Shown: positions 1-11,375, numbered from the stretch's first letter. The stretch is 64,000 nt of DNA from a virus (IMGVR_UViG_3300042549_008472:15495-79494), one strand, 5' to 3'. The notes: a model not told the origin generated them from the letters alone. A program made the numbers and translations.

Positions 1-48
1 AAAAAACTAAGACAAAAAGTACAGATAACTCCGAATTACAATTAAAAA

Positions 49-2901
49 ATGAAAAACAATAAGAAAAAATATAAAAGAGGTGGCGGAATAAACACAACAG
101 GATACAAAGAAAATACACCAACAGAAAATAACCTGTACAACATAATTCCTAATACTTCTAATATTACGATGAAAGAAGTCGATGATAACATTATGGGAGC
201 TTCCTATGATGCAAATGGAAATCTTACGTCTATGAAATTTATGAAACCTGAACAAGATTATCAGTATCCACCTAATACGGAAGCTGTTTATGAAGTACCT
301 CAATATCAAGTGGCAGGAGTAGCTGATTGGCAAAACCTTTTTGGAAACTTGCCAAATACACCAAAACCTACTTCTCAAGTAAATGCACAACCACCTGCAA
401 AACAAGTGTGGAATACATCAACAGGAAAGTATGAAAATGTAAATTCTCAGTCATCGGCGGGAAACACGCCAATAAACTCCCCAGTTATTACTCCAAGCAG
501 TAATTCGTTAGGAACAGCAAGACCCCAAGTAGAAAGTGGGATAAAGAAGACAACCCCTATGGAAGTAAAAGACCCTATGCAAACTATGCAAGAAAACGCC
601 CTAGCTACAACTACACAATTTGAAAATACAAACGCAAATGGGGAGGCTGAACAAGGTTTTCAAAACCCACAAAACAGTAAGTATCAGTTTATAAATCCTT
701 ACGCAACTGGATTTGATATCCCCAGTGCCGCAGTAATGTTAGGACAAGGTATTGAATCAGGGAATGCTTTTGACATAGGAGTTTCAGGATTAAAATTAGC
801 AACAGGACTTGCAAGAAATGTTGTAGGTGGAATGGGTGCAGAAAATCGCCGTCAAAATGTAATGCAAGATGCAACAGAAAGATACAGAGAAAGTTTAACA
901 CCTGGTGAACAATATTATCAAGACGGAGGACAACAAGCTCCACCACCATCACAAGAAGAAATTATGCAAATGGTAGCACAAGCTTTACAGCAAGGAGCGC
1001 AACCAGAAGAAGTGTTACAACAACTTTTATCTATGGGGATTCCACAAGAAGTTGCTACTCAACTAATTCAAGGAGCTATGCAAGGTGGTCAAGAACCACA
1101 ATACATGGAAGAAGGTGGTATTGCAAAAGTTTTAACAGGGGAGTATATACAAGAGCCTCAAGACGTTGAAGATGAGGAAGTTGTTGCAGAAATAGAAGCG
1201 GGAGAATTTATTTTAAACTCAGAAACAGGTAAAATAACCAAAGCTTTAGGAAAGACACATGAAAGCGGAGGCATAGTAGTAACAGCAGAGCAATTGCCAC
1301 CAAACTCCTTAATAATCTCCGACCACTTGAAATTAGGCGACAATGCAAAATACTACAAAGACAACTTTGAATTAGACGTAAAACCAAAAGACACATTTGC
1401 AAAAGTATTGGATAGCTTTACTAAAAAGTCAGGTTTACAAAAATTAGTTGATGAGCAAGAAGACTACATTAAGTCTTTAGAGAAAGAAACTAAAAAAGAA
1501 AAACAAGATGAAACAGTTCAACTAAATCAAAGATTTTTACAAAGTAAGATTGAGGAAATAGAAAAGAAAAAAGAACCGTTAGAAAAAGTGAGGATGGATT
1601 TATTTCAAGATGTGTTTGAAAAACAAGAGGCGGGAAAGAAAGTTGAAAAAGAACAAATGGAATTTCAAAACGGAGGGATGTACAATGGAGACTTAATAAT
1701 GGAGTATGCCAATAAGTATAATATTTCACCTGACCGAGCAAATCAAATAGTACAAGAATATAGAAACGGTGGAAAAAATATACCCATGTACCAAGACGGT
1801 AAAGGCAGATTTGACGCTTGGTACGCAGATGCCCAAGCAAATGGATATACAGGGGTAAAAGACGTAGGTGCTATACAAACTTGGCTAGCTCAAAACAATC
1901 CTCAGTTGGTAGAGGACTACTTCGTCAAAAATAGACAAGGTATGACAGCTAAACATATTGACATACTTAAACAAAAAAATCCGCAAGCATTTAAAGATTT
2001 AGGCATAGATATTAACAAAGCTTCTGCTCAACTAACACCTGAAGAAAAGTTCAAACTACAAGACGCTCTGTCACCAACTTTAGATAGAAACTTTTGGTTA
2101 GAGGGATTTCAAGACCAAAAGAAAGACAGGAGATTTCCTATGCAAGGTGTCACTATATCTGCACCCATGACAGGAACGTATGATAATACTATTAAAGCAC
2201 CTTTAATGCCGTCAAATCCTTATGAAGCACCGTTAGTAGACCCTTACAACCCACCAACAACTACCCCAACAGAGGAAAGAAGAGACCCACGAACAGGAAT
2301 TTTACTATTACCTGACCAAACACCACTCTCTCCTCAAAGTTTAGCACCTGCTCTAAAAATAGACAGAAGATTTGATAGAGTAGAAGCTATGCAAGTAACA
2401 CCTGAAGCAAGTATAGCTGAATTAAGACGACAAGAAAAAGCGGCAATAGATTCTTACAGTTCACTCCCTGATTCTCAAAGAGCCGCCGCAATAGCACAAG
2501 TTCAGTCTAACACTCAAGATAAAATTGCTCAAATTTCAGCACAAGTACAAGGACAAAATGTGGCTTCTAAATTACAAGCAGATACAACAAACGCAGGAAT
2601 TCAAATGCAAGAAGAAAATGCGAGAGGAACAGACTTATTAAGTTATGAACAGAGAATACAAACAGCTTCTGACAAAACCTTTCAAGACTTAAACAGATAC
2701 TACAATACACTACAAAAAAATAACGTAGGTAATTTTAACACAGTTAACAACGTAAACCTTTTAAATGCAATGTATGATAATTACCAGTTTACAGGAAATG
2801 GAGTAGAGCAAGTAGGGGACAATCCTTATTTAAACTACGACAATAATGTAACACCCTCTACCACGACACCAAAAAGAAATCCTAGAAAGAGAAAAAATTA
2901 A
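49..2901 (+). CDS. Large putative virion cargo/internal protein (950 aa)
   Basis: Long ORF with recurring [YF]-Q-x-G-G-like motifs and an AEIEAGE...GKTHESGGI block, reminiscent of internal virion proteins of crAss-like Bacteroidota phages; first of a run of giant ORFs. Confidence 0.5.
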   Translation: MKNNKKKYKRGGGINTTGYKENTPTENNLYNIIPNTSNITMKEVDDNIMGASYDANGNLTSMKFMKPEQDYQYPPNTEAVYEVPQYQVAGVADWQNLFGNLPNTPKPTSQVNAQPPAKQVWNTSTGKYENVNSQSSAGNTPINSPVITPSSNSLGTARPQVESGIKKTTPMEVKDPMQTMQENALATTTQFENTNANGEAEQGFQNPQNSKYQFINPYATGFDIPSAAVMLGQGIESGNAFDIGVSGLKLATGLARNVVGGMGAENRRQNVMQDATERYRESLTPGEQYYQDGGQQAPPPSQEEIMQMVAQALQQGAQPEEVLQQLLSMGIPQEVATQLIQGAMQGGQEPQYMEEGGIAKVLTGEYIQEPQDVEDEEVVAEIEAGEFILNSETGKITKALGKTHESGGIVVTAEQLPPNSLIISDHLKLGDNAKYYKDNFELDVKPKDTFAKVLDSFTKKSGLQKLVDEQEDYIKSLEKETKKEKQDETVQLNQRFLQSKIEEIEKKKEPLEKVRMDLFQDVFEKQEAGKKVEKEQMEFQNGGMYNGDLIMEYANKYNISPDRANQIVQEYRNGGKNIPMYQDGKGRFDAWYADAQANGYTGVKDVGAIQTWLAQNNPQLVEDYFVKNRQGMTAKHIDILKQKNPQAFKDLGIDINKASAQLTPEEKFKLQDALSPTLDRNFWLEGFQDQKKDRRFPMQGVTISAPMTGTYDNTIKAPLMPSNPYEAPLVDPYNPPTTTPTEERRDPRTGILLLPDQTPLSPQSLAPALKIDRRFDRVEAMQVTPEASIAELRRQEKAAIDSYSSLPDSQRAAAIAQVQSNTQDKIAQISAQVQGQNVASKLQADTTNAGIQMQEENARGTDLLSYEQRIQTASDKTFQDLNRYYNTLQKNNVGNFNTVNNVNLLNAMYDNYQFTGNGVEQVGDNPYLNYDNNVTPSTTTPKRNPRKRKN

Positions 2902-2906
2902 TAAAC

Positions 2907-2937
2907 TTGCACAAAACAAATAAAATAGCTAAATTTG
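2907..2937 (+). promoter_or_regulatory. Bacteroidota sigma-A-type promoter
   Basis: TTGCAC...TAAATTTG with the 31-bp span seen throughout the window. Confidence 0.7.
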
Positions 2938-2958
2938 TAGCTTCAATAGAAACAGTCA

Positions 2959-5787
2959 ATGGCAAACGCATATAGCACACCGCAACAGTTTAACGAATAT
3001 CAAAACCCCTATAATCTTGAATTGATTAATGGGGTTTTGGCGGCTAAACAAGGCAGTTATGATAAAAACTTAGCAGTCTTAGATGAAAATCTTGCTCAAT
3101 TAAAAACACAAGAAGGTTTATTATTGAGAGATAAAGATAAAGAGTACTTTAACAATAAAGTACAAGGACTTTTAAATGAAGTAGGGAGGTCTGGTCAAAT
3201 TGACTTGTCAAGTAACAATGTAACTCGTAAAATTAAAAATTACATTAACGATGCTCAAGATGAGTATATTATAGACCAAATTGGAGAGTCTCAAAAATTT
3301 AGAAACTTTCAAATGACAGTGGAAGAGACTAAAAAACGAGGCAAAGGGGAGGGTTATAATGACATAAACTATGTAGATGCAATAGAAAGAGGCGGATTAC
3401 AACAGTACTTAAACGGAGAAACGGATTCGATAGGTAGCTTGCAATATAAAGAATACATTGACGCTCCAAAGGTAATAAATGATGAAGTTGCTAAGTGGGC
3501 AAAGGATTATGGTTATAGAAAAGAAATGAGTTCCCAAGAGGGGGAATACTACACTAAAGACATAACCAAAGAAGTTTTAACTAAAGACGAGATAACCAAG
3601 TTTATTCAGACAACTTTAAGTCCTCAAATTAAAGAGCAATTGCAGATAAATACTCGTCAAACTTACAAAAATTTACAAGGACAAGATTTAAATAACTTCT
3701 TAGCTGAAAATTATAAGAGAGATAATATACAACTAAATTATAAAATAGCACAGCTTAAATCACAGGAGAAATCAGCAGTAGGAGAACAAAAAGAAATAAT
3801 TTCTAGTAATATACGATTTTACGAAGACGCAATAGAACAAAGTAATAAAAAGATAGATACTAATGACTTTTCAAGAGATGAATTATATTCAATCTATGAA
3901 AAAAACTTATTTGATGGCATAGCCGACAGTTACGACAGAGATGCTGTAATTGATATAGATTATGACACTACTAAGTTGGAAGTTATGAAGTTTCAAGCGG
4001 ATATGGCTTACAAAGCGGAAGATTTGAAGTTGAAAAAGTATGCTTTGGACAATAAAAACAGTACAGGTGTTTCAAATGATTTAGGAACAGCTATACCAAC
4101 AGTGCCTGAGAATGAGGAAGAGAAACCGTCTGCCGTAAACCAAGTAACAACAGCTTTTAAAGAATCTAATGCACAACTTATGGCGACTTTAGAAGCAGAG
4201 GATGAGGAGTACAGAAATATGCCAAAAGCTGAAAAAGAAGCTTACGTTATAGGACTTATGAAGAATAACAACGGCATAAATCCAATGAACAGAAAACCTT
4301 TAAAAGCCTCTGTAATTAATGCTGTATCGGCACATAAAGCTAACTATGAAGCATATTCAGGGTATAGAAAAGGAATTGGAGCAACATTTGACAAAGTAAA
4401 TAGAGAATCTTATGATGACATTTTAGGAGCGGTAAGGTCAGGAAATGGAGTTAAAGTGGATAACTTGGCTTATTCTATGCCGTCTGTTTCTAAATTTCTA
4501 AAATCAGGTAGGAGTTTTAATAATCTAACCGAGCAAGAAAAAGAAATAGTAAGATATGAAATGACAGCAAGTGCTGTTGTAGATGGGGAATTAGGAGATA
4601 ATAAAGAGTATCAAATGTACTTGAACATCCTAAAACAACGTAATAGAAAAAACCCACAAGTTCTTAAAGTTTTTGATAATACTTTAAGTGAGGATAGTAG
4701 TGCAGTAGGGGCTTTTTTTAGTACAATAGGTAGAAATTTATATGGAGGATTAGAGGATAAAGTACTCAATCCTATCTCTGAAAGTTTTACTCTTTTAACA
4801 CAAGGTAAAAAAGCAGCGGATAAAGTAGTAGCACAAAACCTAAAAGAAAGTTTTGAGAGAAATAGAAAAAATACGAAAGATTCTAAGGTATTAGAGCGGT
4901 GGAATACTGACTATATTTCACCCTATCAAGATACAAACATAACAGAGATAGAAGGATTTGAAACAGCAAGCGGTAAAGATTTATTTTTCAAATATAAAAC
5001 TGACATAGAAACGTCTAAAACAATACAACAGCAAAAGTTACAACCCTATTTACAAACAATGCCCGCAAAAATGGCTTTTTCGTTCTCAACAGAAAATAAA
5101 GGACAACAAGCTATGGCAGATTTAATAAAACAAACAATCTTAGCAAGAGAGGGTGCAACACCCGCCGATAAAAATAATTACGAATTAAATTTCAACGCTA
5201 GTACAAATCAATATACAATATCTTACCTAGTAAAAGACGGTAAAAACTTAGTAAAAACACCAATTACGGTAGACGCATCTCTAATGCCAAAAGTAATTAC
5301 CGATAAATATAGTACAAGTAAAGGTAACTGGGCAACTGACATAATGAATCCAAAAGCAACTGCACCTACTTACAATTATGAATCCCCAAGAGACTATACA
5401 GACACGGAAAGAATCATCAATAACCTTAATGTAGTTACAGATAATGGATTCTCTGACAAAGAGCTTTTAGACTTAACTTACAATCCAATAATGCTACCTC
5501 TACCTCAAAGAGTTGAGATTGTACTTCAAAAGTATCCTACTCTGAGTAGTAAAAAAGAAGAGCTCGCCAAAACTTTAAGTAGCCCTATCTCTGTGGAAAT
5601 TAAAAATTCAAAAGGAGTAGGATTTTATGCAGATGTATTCAAAACTATTAATGGGCAGAAAGTAAAATTGAACACAAGTGCAGAATCTATGGGAACATCT
5701 TATAACCCAACAGAATTTGTAAAGAAGCAAATGGCATTAATAGGACACTACACTAACTTAGAAGTTGAAAAACTTATCTCAAAATAA
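2959..5787 (+). CDS. Large putative virion protein (942 aa)
   Basis: Long ORF in giant-gene cluster; stop overlaps next start (TAATG); no catalytic motif recognised. Confidence 0.45.
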   Translation: MANAYSTPQQFNEYQNPYNLELINGVLAAKQGSYDKNLAVLDENLAQLKTQEGLLLRDKDKEYFNNKVQGLLNEVGRSGQIDLSSNNVTRKIKNYINDAQDEYIIDQIGESQKFRNFQMTVEETKKRGKGEGYNDINYVDAIERGGLQQYLNGETDSIGSLQYKEYIDAPKVINDEVAKWAKDYGYRKEMSSQEGEYYTKDITKEVLTKDEITKFIQTTLSPQIKEQLQINTRQTYKNLQGQDLNNFLAENYKRDNIQLNYKIAQLKSQEKSAVGEQKEIISSNIRFYEDAIEQSNKKIDTNDFSRDELYSIYEKNLFDGIADSYDRDAVIDIDYDTTKLEVMKFQADMAYKAEDLKLKKYALDNKNSTGVSNDLGTAIPTVPENEEEKPSAVNQVTTAFKESNAQLMATLEAEDEEYRNMPKAEKEAYVIGLMKNNNGINPMNRKPLKASVINAVSAHKANYEAYSGYRKGIGATFDKVNRESYDDILGAVRSGNGVKVDNLAYSMPSVSKFLKSGRSFNNLTEQEKEIVRYEMTASAVVDGELGDNKEYQMYLNILKQRNRKNPQVLKVFDNTLSEDSSAVGAFFSTIGRNLYGGLEDKVLNPISESFTLLTQGKKAADKVVAQNLKESFERNRKNTKDSKVLERWNTDYISPYQDTNITEIEGFETASGKDLFFKYKTDIETSKTIQQQKLQPYLQTMPAKMAFSFSTENKGQQAMADLIKQTILAREGATPADKNNYELNFNASTNQYTISYLVKDGKNLVKTPITVDASLMPKVITDKYSTSKGNWATDIMNPKATAPTYNYESPRDYTDTERIINNLNVVTDNGFSDKELLDLTYNPIMLPLPQRVEIVLQKYPTLSSKKEELAKTLSSPISVEIKNSKGVGFYADVFKTINGQKVKLNTSAESMGTSYNPTEFVKKQMALIGHYTNLEVEKLISK

Positions 5788-8700
5788 TGGACAACGAAGG
5801 AATAATTAAAGATTTACGCAACAAATACAACCCTAAAAATAACGTTAACTTATTTGAGGTAAAGTTTGACGCACCAAAGCAAGAACAAGTAAAACCAAGC
5901 TTTTATTCATATTCTGCCGACACGCAAGATATGGCATATCAAACTCTAAACGATGATACTCAAATAGCACGATATGAAAGCTATGTACCAGGCTCAGATA
6001 ACAGCGAAAGACTTGCCTTAAATCAATCAACAGGAGATAAATGGATAAATGGATTAGGTAAATTTCTAGGTAAAACAGGAACAGCAGTTGGTGGAGGCAC
6101 AGTAGGAACAATTTATGGTATTACAGAAGCTATAAAACAAGGTTCTTTTGACGCTCTATACGACAATGATTTCTCTAGAAAGTTAGATGATTTAAACGTC
6201 AAAATGGACTATCAACTCCCTAACTACTATACAAAACAAGAAAGAGATAAAGGGTTTTTAAGCAGTATGACAGATGCTAATTTTTGGGCAAATGATGTAC
6301 TATCAGGACTTTCATTTACAGTTGGTGCAATTGTTTCAGAAGGTATTTGGGCAGCTGCAACAGGAGGAACTTCACTAGCTTCAACAGGAGCAAGATGGGG
6401 AATGAGAACTATAGGTGAAGCAGGAATACGTTCAGGATTAAAATCATTGAAAGGAACAGGAAAAACCTTATTAAAAGTTGGAGCAGTTAATGTTGATAAA
6501 GCTATTACGGCAGGAAAAATTGGCGCAGGAGTAAATGCTTTAAGATTTGCCATAACTTCAACAGGTTACGAATCAGGTGTAGAAGCATTACATTTTAAAA
6601 AAGAGGCGGAAGAAAACTTCCAAGCAGATTTTGAAAAATTAAATGGAAGAGCTCCAAATGAAGAAGACTATGCACTCTTTAAGGAGAATTTAACAGGAGC
6701 TGCTAACGGAGTATTTGCGCTAAATACAGCTCTTTTAATACCTTCCAATTTAGCTATGTTTGGTCAGAATGTAATGAAAAACTTACCTTCGCCATTCAAA
6801 GGAGTGACTCAAAAATTAAATAAAAGTTTATACGGAATAGGTACTAGATTAGAAGGAGAAACCCTTAAAGTTTTAGACCCCACTAAATTCCAGAGGATTG
6901 CAAGAAAAGCGACAATCTTAGGGAAGCCTGCCATAACAGAGGGTTTATATGAAGAGGGTATGCAATCAGTCGCTTCAAACTTAATGGGTAAATACTTAGA
7001 AGCAAGCTTTAACCCAAAATACACCCGAAACAGTATAGACATGTTTGACGCTGTATATGATAGTATGGCTGAAACCTATGGCACTAAAGAGGGCTGGAAA
7101 GAGATTGGGATAGGAATGCTTATAGGAGGTGGAACAAGCCTTCTTATGGGGCAAGGAGCTAACGAATTTAAAAAGTTAGATAAAGCTCAAAAAGATTATG
7201 CTGAGTATACTAACACCTATCAGCAAATGAGCCTGAGACAGAAAGGCATTATGAGTAATCAAACCCAGACTGCCATAACCAACTCAGAGACAGCCTTAGA
7301 GAGAAATGACAGAGTTGGAGCTAACTTAGCATCTAATGAGGCAATCATTGCTCAAATGGATTATAAGTTTTCAGTGGGGGAAGATTTAGCTGACTTGACA
7401 GCAGAGTATGCTGATGCTTTAAACAAAATGACGGCTGAGGAGTTTAAAGAAATAGGTGTAGAAGAGAGTCAAATACAAGAGTATAAAGATACAGTTATAA
7501 GTGCTCACAAATCACTAACAGAAAGATACGATAAGAATAGAACTTTTGCTGACTTATTTGTAGGAAGCTCTAATGTAATAGGGATGGATACTCAAGCTTT
7601 CGCTAAGGGATTGGCGTTTGCTATGACACAAGGGGAGAACTCTAATATTCTTATGGGAGATATCATAGAAAATTTATCTCAAAAACTAGGAGCAGAAAAT
7701 ACAGCTTCAATTCAAGCCGAGAGAAAACTAAGACAAGCAGGAGCAGAAGTAACTCAAGAAGTATATAAAACGGCGGAAGAAATAAAAGCTCTACAAGCCA
7801 GAAGTGCTCAATTAGAAAAGACCATTAGGAGAGTACAAGCAAGACCTAAAACTACGGGGGACATTAAAGGTAATCAACAAGCAGGTAATGAATACTTTGA
7901 CGTAGCTGAACAACTTATAGACGTACAAGCACAATTAAGTGAAAAGCAAGCACAATTAGACTCACTTGTAGCAAGAGTAAATAGTGAAATAGGAAAACAA
8001 CAAGGAATAGGAGAATTAAATTTACAAGGAAACCTAACAACAGACTTAGTTTCCTCAGATGTATTTTTAAACTTACAAGAGAATATAAAAAAAACAGACG
8101 CTTTAATTGAATCTTACAGAAATACTAATCCACAAGCATTTGCGGAATTAGCTGAATTAACTAGACAATACAAGAGTGCAGAACAAAACTTTGAGGGTTA
8201 TCAAACCCTGGCTAATCAGATGATGAGTGGTAAGTTAAACTTCAAATCTACAAACACTTGGATTGGAAAAGCTTTGAAAAAGGGGCAGACCTTAGATGAT
8301 TTTACCACTGACTTTTTTGCAGGAATAAGAGACACAACAGAAAGAGCTAATGCAGAATTTGAAGTAGTAGATACACAAGAGGAAGAGATAGCAAGAGACC
8401 CTAACAAACCATCACAAGAAAATAAGAATGAAGAGAAAATACAGGTATTAAATCAACAGTTAAGCGAGTTAGAAGCAGAACTAAAAGCATTAGAAAATAA
8501 ATCTAAAACTAATAATGGTAAAGTTACTAATGTTGTAACTAAACCCGAAGTTAAATCTGATATAGAAACTAAAAAAGCTGATATAGAAAAATTAGAAAAA
8601 GATAAGCAAGAAGAATTAAATAAAGATGTGTCAGACAGGTTTTCACAAGTAGAACGGCAACAAGCAAAACTTGAACCTAACCAAGAAGCACCTTTAAAGA

Positions 8701-11162
8701 TAGGTACACCTTATAATGGAGGTATGAAATTAAGTGCCACTTTTGTTGCTATTGATGAAGATGCAGGAAAAGATGGTTATGAAGCTATTGTAAAAGTTAT
8801 AAAACCTCAAATAAATCAGCTTAATGAAGAAACAGGGAATATAGAGATGACTCAATCTGCACAAGTAGAAGTTGGTGTTTTTAAAGATAAAGAGTCTTAT
8901 GATAAGTGGGAAAAAAATGAAAGAGACAAAACAAAAGAAAGATATAAAAATAGAGAAAATAGAATCAACGTTAAATACAATACACAAATAGCTCAAAAAC
9001 AAGCAGAACTAAAAGCATTAGAACAATCTACATCTATTCAAACAGTAAATCCCAGAGTAGTAGAATTAGAAAAAAAGATAACAGATTTAAAAAAGGAAAT
9101 AACAAATTTAGGAGTAGCTCCTACTCCAAAGCTATCAACAGTAGACCAATTAAAAGCAAGGATTAAAAACGGCTTAGAAAACAGATTTCGTTCAATAGAG
9201 TATATAGGTCAAACAGCAGATGAACTTAAAATAAAAAAACCAACTCAAAAAGACGTAGACAGATTTCAAGAACTGTATAAAACAAGAACTGCTGAACAAG
9301 AACAAGAATACCAAGAACTAAGAAAAAAATTCGCCGATTGGAGAATGGTGGACAGTGCCTACGAGAATGAAGGAGAAACTTTAGCAGATTTAGTAGAAAT
9401 TTTAGAACAATTAGAAACTGCACAAGAAGTCGCCCAAACAAAAGTAGAAACAACAGAGGGGGACATTCAAGACATAACAGAAGAAGATAAGGCAACAGGT
9501 AATATTGTAGCAGACGAAATAGGACAAAGAAGTGTAGCACCAGCAACGGCACAAAGAACAATTAAAGGAGAGATTAAGTTCAGTCACCTAAAAATTGATA
9601 CTTTTTTGAATAGATTAGGAATGCCCTATGAAATAGAATTTCCAAAAGGAGAAAAAAATCCCGAAGCTATGGGTGTAAAATATAAACTCTCAAGTGAAAA
9701 TCCTATAACAATTACTATGGGAGAAGGAGGTACTATTCTTATGAAAGAGAAAGACTACTTTGCTAATATGGAAGCATTAAACCTAAGAATATTAAGAACA
9801 GCTCAAGAACAAGTTACTTGGAGTTATTTTGATGTTTATGAGTGGAATGGAGTAGAAACAGTGCCAAAAACTTCTGAATTTGAGGGGGATACTCTAACAG
9901 GGGATTCTTACACTTTGCCTATTGACACTCCTATGGAGTTATATTTAGACTTGGAACACCCTTACAATAAAACTCTAATTGAAGAATATAATAAATCAAA
10001 AAAAGAGGAAAAGCACAAAAAGAAGATAATGTCTCAATTAGTTATTTATATAAGAAAAGACGGCAAAAACTATTCAACTTTAAAATCTCTAAGAGAAAAA
10101 TCAACAGACCCTAAAATGCAACTCATTAGAGAAGCATCGTTTCAAGCTATGCTTTTAGGTACTTCAACAGTTGTAGGAGAGACTAAGTTGGACAAGATTT
10201 TTATGGGAACTCCTAAATTTAGTTTAACACAAGAGGGGAGATTAAACACCTTTTATTTTAATGATAAATCTATAAAAGAAGTTGTAACTACGGGATATAT
10301 TTTGAACGGGGAATTGACTTTGGCAGATAAAAGTTTAACAGAAGTTAAGAGAAGTTTTGTAAGTAAGTTGTCAACTAAAAACAAAGAAAGTAAAATCCCT
10401 GTTGTAGTAGTTAAGAAAGGACAGTACTTAGTTGCATATCCAATATCATTATCAAAAACTTCGGCTTCAAAAGAATCTGAATTAGATGTAATTTTAAACT
10501 CTCCAATAGCAGACGTAGAAAAAGTAAAAGCTATTAATAAACTACTTTTAGAAAATCAAGTGTTACCAAGTAAGTATAACTTAGTGAGTTTAGATGACGC
10601 TAAAATAGAACAGATTAGAGAAGAGATGAAAAATCATACAACAACTCAGTCTGTGGATTTAATGGCGGAAGTAAGCTATAAAAAAGAACAGTTAAAAGAG
10701 GATGCAACAATTCAAATTAACTTGGAAGATTTGAATAACAGCATTTCCTCTCCAAAGATAAGTATTGACTTAGCAGGAGCTATTGTTAAAACTACTAATG
10801 ACTTTAAGAACAGTAGTTTAACTGACTTAGAGAATGAGCTAAGTAATGAAGCTATAAGAATCAACAGTTTACTGTCTTCAAGAAATGGAGTTGTGGGATA
10901 TGCAGATAAAAATGGAGACCCTATTGAAGACAAGTTTATAGAGGTTTTTGATGACAATGAAGTTAATAAGTCGCCTGAAAACCAATTAGAGAAGATGAAA
11001 AATTTAAACATCCTATCTAAAGCTATGAATAACCTAACTAAAAATGCAAGAGCTTTCTTGGGAACAGATAATGTAAAGGCAATTCAAGCCAAACTAAAAC
11101 AACTAGAAACAGTTAGAAACCAATTAAATACAAGACCTGTTCAAAATAATGTTGCATGTTAA
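5787..11162 (+). CDS. Giant putative ejected virion protein (1791 aa)
   Basis: Gly/Ala-rich hydrophobic N-terminal region, EGLYEEGMQ motif and long coiled coils, typical of phage internal/ejection proteins. Confidence 0.5.
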   Translation: MDNEGIIKDLRNKYNPKNNVNLFEVKFDAPKQEQVKPSFYSYSADTQDMAYQTLNDDTQIARYESYVPGSDNSERLALNQSTGDKWINGLGKFLGKTGTAVGGGTVGTIYGITEAIKQGSFDALYDNDFSRKLDDLNVKMDYQLPNYYTKQERDKGFLSSMTDANFWANDVLSGLSFTVGAIVSEGIWAAATGGTSLASTGARWGMRTIGEAGIRSGLKSLKGTGKTLLKVGAVNVDKAITAGKIGAGVNALRFAITSTGYESGVEALHFKKEAEENFQADFEKLNGRAPNEEDYALFKENLTGAANGVFALNTALLIPSNLAMFGQNVMKNLPSPFKGVTQKLNKSLYGIGTRLEGETLKVLDPTKFQRIARKATILGKPAITEGLYEEGMQSVASNLMGKYLEASFNPKYTRNSIDMFDAVYDSMAETYGTKEGWKEIGIGMLIGGGTSLLMGQGANEFKKLDKAQKDYAEYTNTYQQMSLRQKGIMSNQTQTAITNSETALERNDRVGANLASNEAIIAQMDYKFSVGEDLADLTAEYADALNKMTAEEFKEIGVEESQIQEYKDTVISAHKSLTERYDKNRTFADLFVGSSNVIGMDTQAFAKGLAFAMTQGENSNILMGDIIENLSQKLGAENTASIQAERKLRQAGAEVTQEVYKTAEEIKALQARSAQLEKTIRRVQARPKTTGDIKGNQQAGNEYFDVAEQLIDVQAQLSEKQAQLDSLVARVNSEIGKQQGIGELNLQGNLTTDLVSSDVFLNLQENIKKTDALIESYRNTNPQAFAELAELTRQYKSAEQNFEGYQTLANQMMSGKLNFKSTNTWIGKALKKGQTLDDFTTDFFAGIRDTTERANAEFEVVDTQEEEIARDPNKPSQENKNEEKIQVLNQQLSELEAELKALENKSKTNNGKVTNVVTKPEVKSDIETKKADIEKLEKDKQEELNKDVSDRFSQVERQQAKLEPNQEAPLKIGTPYNGGMKLSATFVAIDEDAGKDGYEAIVKVIKPQINQLNEETGNIEMTQSAQVEVGVFKDKESYDKWEKNERDKTKERYKNRENRINVKYNTQIAQKQAELKALEQSTSIQTVNPRVVELEKKITDLKKEITNLGVAPTPKLSTVDQLKARIKNGLENRFRSIEYIGQTADELKIKKPTQKDVDRFQELYKTRTAEQEQEYQELRKKFADWRMVDSAYENEGETLADLVEILEQLETAQEVAQTKVETTEGDIQDITEEDKATGNIVADEIGQRSVAPATAQRTIKGEIKFSHLKIDTFLNRLGMPYEIEFPKGEKNPEAMGVKYKLSSENPITITMGEGGTILMKEKDYFANMEALNLRILRTAQEQVTWSYFDVYEWNGVETVPKTSEFEGDTLTGDSYTLPIDTPMELYLDLEHPYNKTLIEEYNKSKKEEKHKKKIMSQLVIYIRKDGKNYSTLKSLREKSTDPKMQLIREASFQAMLLGTSTVVGETKLDKIFMGTPKFSLTQEGRLNTFYFNDKSIKEVVTTGYILNGELTLADKSLTEVKRSFVSKLSTKNKESKIPVVVVKKGQYLVAYPISLSKTSASKESELDVILNSPIADVEKVKAINKLLLENQVLPSKYNLVSLDDAKIEQIREEMKNHTTTQSVDLMAEVSYKKEQLKEDATIQINLEDLNNSISSPKISIDLAGAIVKTTNDFKNSSLTDLENELSNEAIRINSLLSSRNGVVGYADKNGDPIEDKFIEVFDDNEVNKSPENQLEKMKNLNILSKAMNNLTKNARAFLGTDNVKAIQAKLKQLETVRNQLNTRPVQNNVAC
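8473..9023 (+). repeat. 23-bp perfect direct repeat AAGCAGAACTAAAAGCATTAGAA (8473-8495 and 9001-9023)
   Basis: Both copies read directly; offset 528 bp = 176 codons, in frame. Confidence 0.9.
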
Positions 11163-11182
11163 TAATTAATTTTATATATTTG
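11152..11182 (+). promoter_or_regulatory. Bacteroidota-type promoter
   Basis: TTGCAT...TATATTTG. Confidence 0.6.
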
Positions 11183-11186
11183 TAAA

Positions 11187-11375
11187 ATGGAAGCAAAACA
11201 AAAAGAACAGTTGAAACAGTTTGAAGAACTAGGACTTGACACCTACAGACAAACATACGCTGAATGCGTAGATGAACTAATCTCTAAATACTTAGGCGTT
11301 TGTGATGCCCTAGAATACGATGAAGAAGAACGGTGGAGAAAAGAACTACTAAGAATTAAAAACCCAACCAACTAA
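11187..11375 (+). CDS. Hypothetical protein (62 aa)
   Basis: ORF after promoter, coupled to next gene. Confidence 0.6.
   Translation: MEAKQKEQLKQFEELGLDTYRQTYAECVDELISKYLGVCDALEYDEEERWRKELLRIKNPTN

Noticed and set aside
3952-3966. DIDYD as a crAss-type virion RNA polymerase DxDxD motif
   Set aside because: No supporting RNAP context; likely chance in an acidic region
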